DNA from: Chiloscyllium plagiosum
Lineage: Eukaryota
Reading direction: 5' to 3'
Assembly (NCBI RefSeq): GCF_004010195.1
Contig: NC_057718.1
Coordinates: 46,915,262 to 46,952,117, forward strand
DNA: 36,856 nt
In this document: in pieces, positions 33,725-36,856 of the stretch
Layout: the number at the start of each line of letters is the position of its first letter
Position numbering within the stretch: position 1 is the stretch's first letter
Notes under the pieces: generated by a model
The model's input: the letters and a program-made list of their open reading frames with translations, nothing else
Database searches by the model: none
Told to the model about the DNA's origin: nothing
Translations under genes and position numbers: made by a program

Positions 33725-35549
33725 GAACATAGAACATAGAAAAGTACAGCACAGAACAGGCCCTTCAGTCCACAATGTTGTGCCGAGGATTAATCCTAAT
33801 ATAAAATAAAATAACTTAATCTACACACCCCTCAATTCACTGCGATCCATGTGCATGTCCAGCAGTCGCTTAAATGTCCTTAATGACTCTGCTTCCACCA
33901 CCACCACTGGCAACGCATTCCATAAATTCACAACTCTCTGCATCAAGAACCTTCCTCTGGTGTCCTCTCCATACCTTTCTCCTAATATCTTAAAACTATG
34001 ACCTCTCGTGCCAGACAATCCTGCCCTTTGGAAAAGTCTCTGGCTATTGACTCTATCCATTCCTCTCATAATCTTAAAAGCACACAACACCAGGTTATAG
34101 TCCAACAGTTTTAGTTGGAAGCACTAGCTTTCACAACCACCTGATGAAGGAGCAGCGCTCTGAAAACTAGTGCTTCCAATTAAACCTGTTGGGCTATAAT
34201 CTGGTGTTGTGTGATTTTTAACTTTGTACACTCCAGTCCAACACCGGCATCTCCAAATGAATTCATAATCTTGTATACCTCGATCAGGTCACCTCTCTTC
34301 CTCCTTCTCTATAAAGAGAAAAGTCCGAGCTTAGTCAACCTCTCTTCATAAGGCAAGCCCTCCAGTTCAGGCAGCATCCTGGTAAACCTTCTTTGCACCC
34401 TCTCCAAAGCCTCTGTATCTTTCCTATAGTAGGATGACCAGAACTGGACACATTATTCCAAGTGAGGTCTCACCAGGGACTTTTAGAGCTGTAGCAAAAC
34501 CTCGTGGCTCTTAAACGCGATTCCCCCTGTTAATGAAAGCCAAAACACCATATGCTTTCTTAACAACCCTATCCACTTGGGTGGCACCTTTGGGTAATCT
34601 ATGTGGTTGAACACCTGGACCTCCACACTGCCAAGAATCCTGTCTTTAATCCTATATTTAGCATTCGAGTTCAATCTTCCAAAATGCATCACTTCGCATT
34701 TATCCAGATTGAACTCCATCTGCCATTTCTCAGCCCCGCTCTGCATCCTGTCTATGTCACGCTGCAGCCTGCAATAGCCCTGATATTATTAACGGCACCT
34801 CCAAACTTTGTATCATCTGCAAATTTTCTAACCCACCCCTCAACCTCCTCATCCAAGTCATTTATAAAAACTACAAAGAGCAGAGGCCCAAAAATAGAGC
34901 CCTGCAGGACCCCACTCAACACTGACCTCCAGGCAGAATACTTCCACCTACAATCACTTTCTGCCTTCTGTCAGCCAGCCAATTCTGAATCCAGATAGCC
35001 AAATCTCCCTGTATCCCATACTTCCTGACTTTATGAATGAGCCTACCATGGGGAAACTTCTCAAATGCCTTGCTGAAGTCCACATACTCCACATCCACTG
35101 CTCGACCTTCATTGACCTGTCTTGTCACATCCTCAAAGAACTCAATAAGATTTGTGAGGCATGAACTGCCCCTCACAAAGCCATGCTGACTGCCTTTAAT
35201 CACACAATGCTTTTTCCAAATAGTCATAAATCCTATCCCTCAGAATTATTTCCAAAACTGTGCTGACCACAGAGGTAAGACTGACTGGTCTGTAATTGCC
35301 AGGGATTTCTCTATTACCCTTCTTGAAAAGAGGAACAACATTTGCCTCCTTCCAATCCTCCGATACGACACCCGTGGAGAATGAGGTGGCAAAGATCTTC
35401 GCCAGTGGCTTAGCAACCTCCTTTCTTGCTTCCTAGAGCAGCCTAGGATAAATCTGGTCTGGCCCTGGGGACTTTTATCAATCTTAATGTTTTCCAAAAT
35501 TTCCAGCACATCAACTTCATCAATCTTAATCTGGTCAAGCCTGTACCCC
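33725..35549 (-). mobile_element. CR1-type LINE, 5'-truncated, inserted in reverse orientation into the previous LINE
   Basis: Minus-strand ORF pieces SQHGFVRGSSCLTNLIEFFEDV..YVDFSKAFEKFPHGRL and WQMEFNLDKCEVMHFGR. (TTCTATG)n tail at ~33725-33742. agta is repeated at both junctions. Confidence 0.93.
34076..34262 (+). mobile_element. 187-bp Penelope-pLTR-derived hairpin insertion with a 10-bp TSD
   Basis: TSD tcataatctt at 34066-34075 and 34263-34272. 58-bp inverted arms. Same family as the termini of 2376-3402. Confidence 0.88.
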
Positions 35550-35825
35550 AGTAAAGGGAAGACCATTTAGAACAGAGATAAGGAGAAACTTCTTCAGCCA
35601 GAGAGTGGTGAATGTATGGAATCCATTGCCACAGAAAGCTGTGGAGGCCAGGTCATTGAGTATATTTAAGACTGAGGTACATAGGTTCTTGATTATCAAG
35701 GGGCTGAAGAGTTATGGGGAGAAAGCTGGAGAATGAGGTTGAGAAACCTATCAGCCATGACAGAATAGTGGAGCAGACTTGGTTGGCTGTATGGCCTAAT
35801 TTCTGCTCCTTGGTCTTATAGCCTA
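35550..35825 (+). mobile_element. CR1-type LINE 3' end (right part of the copy at 32593-33724)
   Basis: Resumes agtaaagggaagacc..tagaac.gagat, colinear with the uninterrupted copy at ~24745-25019. Confidence 0.9.
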
Positions 35826-35835
35826 AGTCTTGCCT

Positions 35836-36237
35836 CGTTGAGATGACCCTTCACCTTGTGTATCACTATCAACATGTTAAATGGGATAAACTTCATTCAG
35901 ATACAGCAGCTGAAACAGAGCATCTATGAGGCACTATGGGCCATTAACAGCAGCAGAATCTTACTCCAACACAATCTGCCACTTCATGCACCACATTATC
36001 CCCCATTCAAACATTACTGTCAAACCGGGGATCAATCCTGGTTCAATATAGAGTGCAGGAGGATATGCCAGGAAAACCACCAGACATACTTAAACATGAG
36101 GTATCAATCAGATGAAGTTGTCAAACAGGGCTACCTGCATGGAACAAGTGACAGAGATAAGCAATCACACAGCCAAAGGATCAGATCCAAGCTTTGCAGT
36201 TCTGTCATATCCAATTGCAAATGGTGGTGGACAAGTA
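35836..36237 (+). mobile_element. Fragment of another LINE ORF2 (region between endonuclease and RT)
   Basis: GDQSWFNIECRRICQE...QRIRSKLCS...KWWWT contains the PWF-type linker motif of CR1/L2/Jockey-group LINEs. Confidence 0.7.
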
Positions 36238-36246
36238 GATAGCCGG

Positions 36247-36443
36247 AGATGTGTTGCTGGAAAAGCGCAGCAGGTCAGGCAGCATCCAGGGAACAGGAGA
36301 ATCGACGTTTCGGGCATAAGCCCTTCTTCAGGAATGAGGAAAGTTTGTCCAGCAGGCTAAGATAAAAGGTAGGGAGGAGGGACTTGGGGGAGGGGCGTCG
36401 GAAATGTGATAGGTGGAAAGAGGTCAAGGTGAGGGTGATAGGT
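36247..36443 (-). mobile_element. Penelope-like element 3' terminal repeat, inverted relative to the adjacent RT
   Basis: Pyrimidine-rich minus strand ending ...GATGCTGCCTGACCTGCTGCGCTTTTCCAGCAACAC and containing a hammerhead core. Confidence 0.8.
36304..36331 (-). ncRNA. Minimal hammerhead ribozyme core, intact
   Basis: Minus strand: CUGAAGA-A-GGGC-UUAU-GCCC-GAAA-CGUC. Perfect 4-bp stem II, palindromic ACGU in place of stem III, and a GUC cleavage triplet. Confidence 0.7.
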
Positions 36444-36445
36444 CC

Positions 36446-36856
36446 CTTGACACCGTCCTGTCCCCCTTAGTCCAAGAACTCCCCACCTACGTTCGGGACA
36501 GCACCCATGCCCTCCACCTGCTCCATGATTTTCGCTTCCCCGGTCCCCAACGCCTTATTTTCACCATGGACATCCAGTCCCTGTACACCTCCATCCCCCA
36601 TCACGAAGGACTCAAAGCCCTCCGCTTCTTCCTTTCCCGCCATACCAACCAGTACCCTTCCACTGACATCCTCCTTCGACTGACTGAACTGGTCCTCACC
36701 CTGAACAACTTCTCTTTCCAATCCTCCCACTTCCTCCAAACGAAAGGAGTAGCCACGGGCACCCGCATGGGCCCCAGCTATGCCTGCCTCTTCGTAACCC
36801 TCCTTCGACTGACTGAACTGGCCCTCACCCTGAACAACTTCTCTTTCCAATACTCC
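36446..36856 (+). mobile_element. Penelope-like reverse transcriptase fragment, open frame to the window end
   Basis: LDTVLSPLVQELPTYVRDSTHALHLL...IFTMDIQSLYTSIPH.EGL...LVLTLNNFSF..SHFLQTKGVATGTRMGPSYACLFV. These are the PLE RT motifs D..SLYT.IP and Q..G.AMG...P..A. Confidence 0.92.

Noticed and set aside
36467..36850. 127-aa minus-strand ORF with an internal repeat
   Set aside because: Antisense shadow of the Penelope RT frame and its duplication.
1..36856. CRISPR array, operon or prokaryotic defence system
   Set aside because: The sequence is vertebrate intron and repeat DNA. It has no repeat-spacer array and no dense coding.

Overview
AT-rich, CpG-poor eukaryotic genomic DNA. The repeat content (HE1/V-SINE-like SINEs, CR1-type LINEs, Penelope-like elements) points to a cartilaginous fish, most likely a shark. 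The only host gene I can support is the 3' half of FLVCR1 (SLC49A1, MFS choline/ethanolamine transporter, historically called a heme exporter) on the minus strand. It has five GT-AG exons at 29635-29745, 25264-25369, 22082-22193, 14858/14870-14913 and 13163-13240, which splice in frame and end ...APAETAI*. The upstream exons lie beyond the window or in the 500-N gap. The rest is intron, putative 3' UTR/downstream DNA and transposon debris: an LTR abutting a Gypsy integrase remnant with PPT and 3' LTR, two SINEs, several CR1-type LINEs (one three-level nest), a TIR-bounded MITE-like element and four Penelope-derived pieces. The most notable signals are minimal hammerhead-ribozyme cores in the Penelope termini (two intact ones on the FLVCR1 strand), a 187-bp hairpin insertion with a 10-bp TSD that carries such a core, tandem in-frame splice donors, and a candidate cryptic exon. 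I do not see a clearly new biological system. The supplied ORFs are almost all spurious or repeat-derived. All family assignments come from recalled motifs, not database searches.
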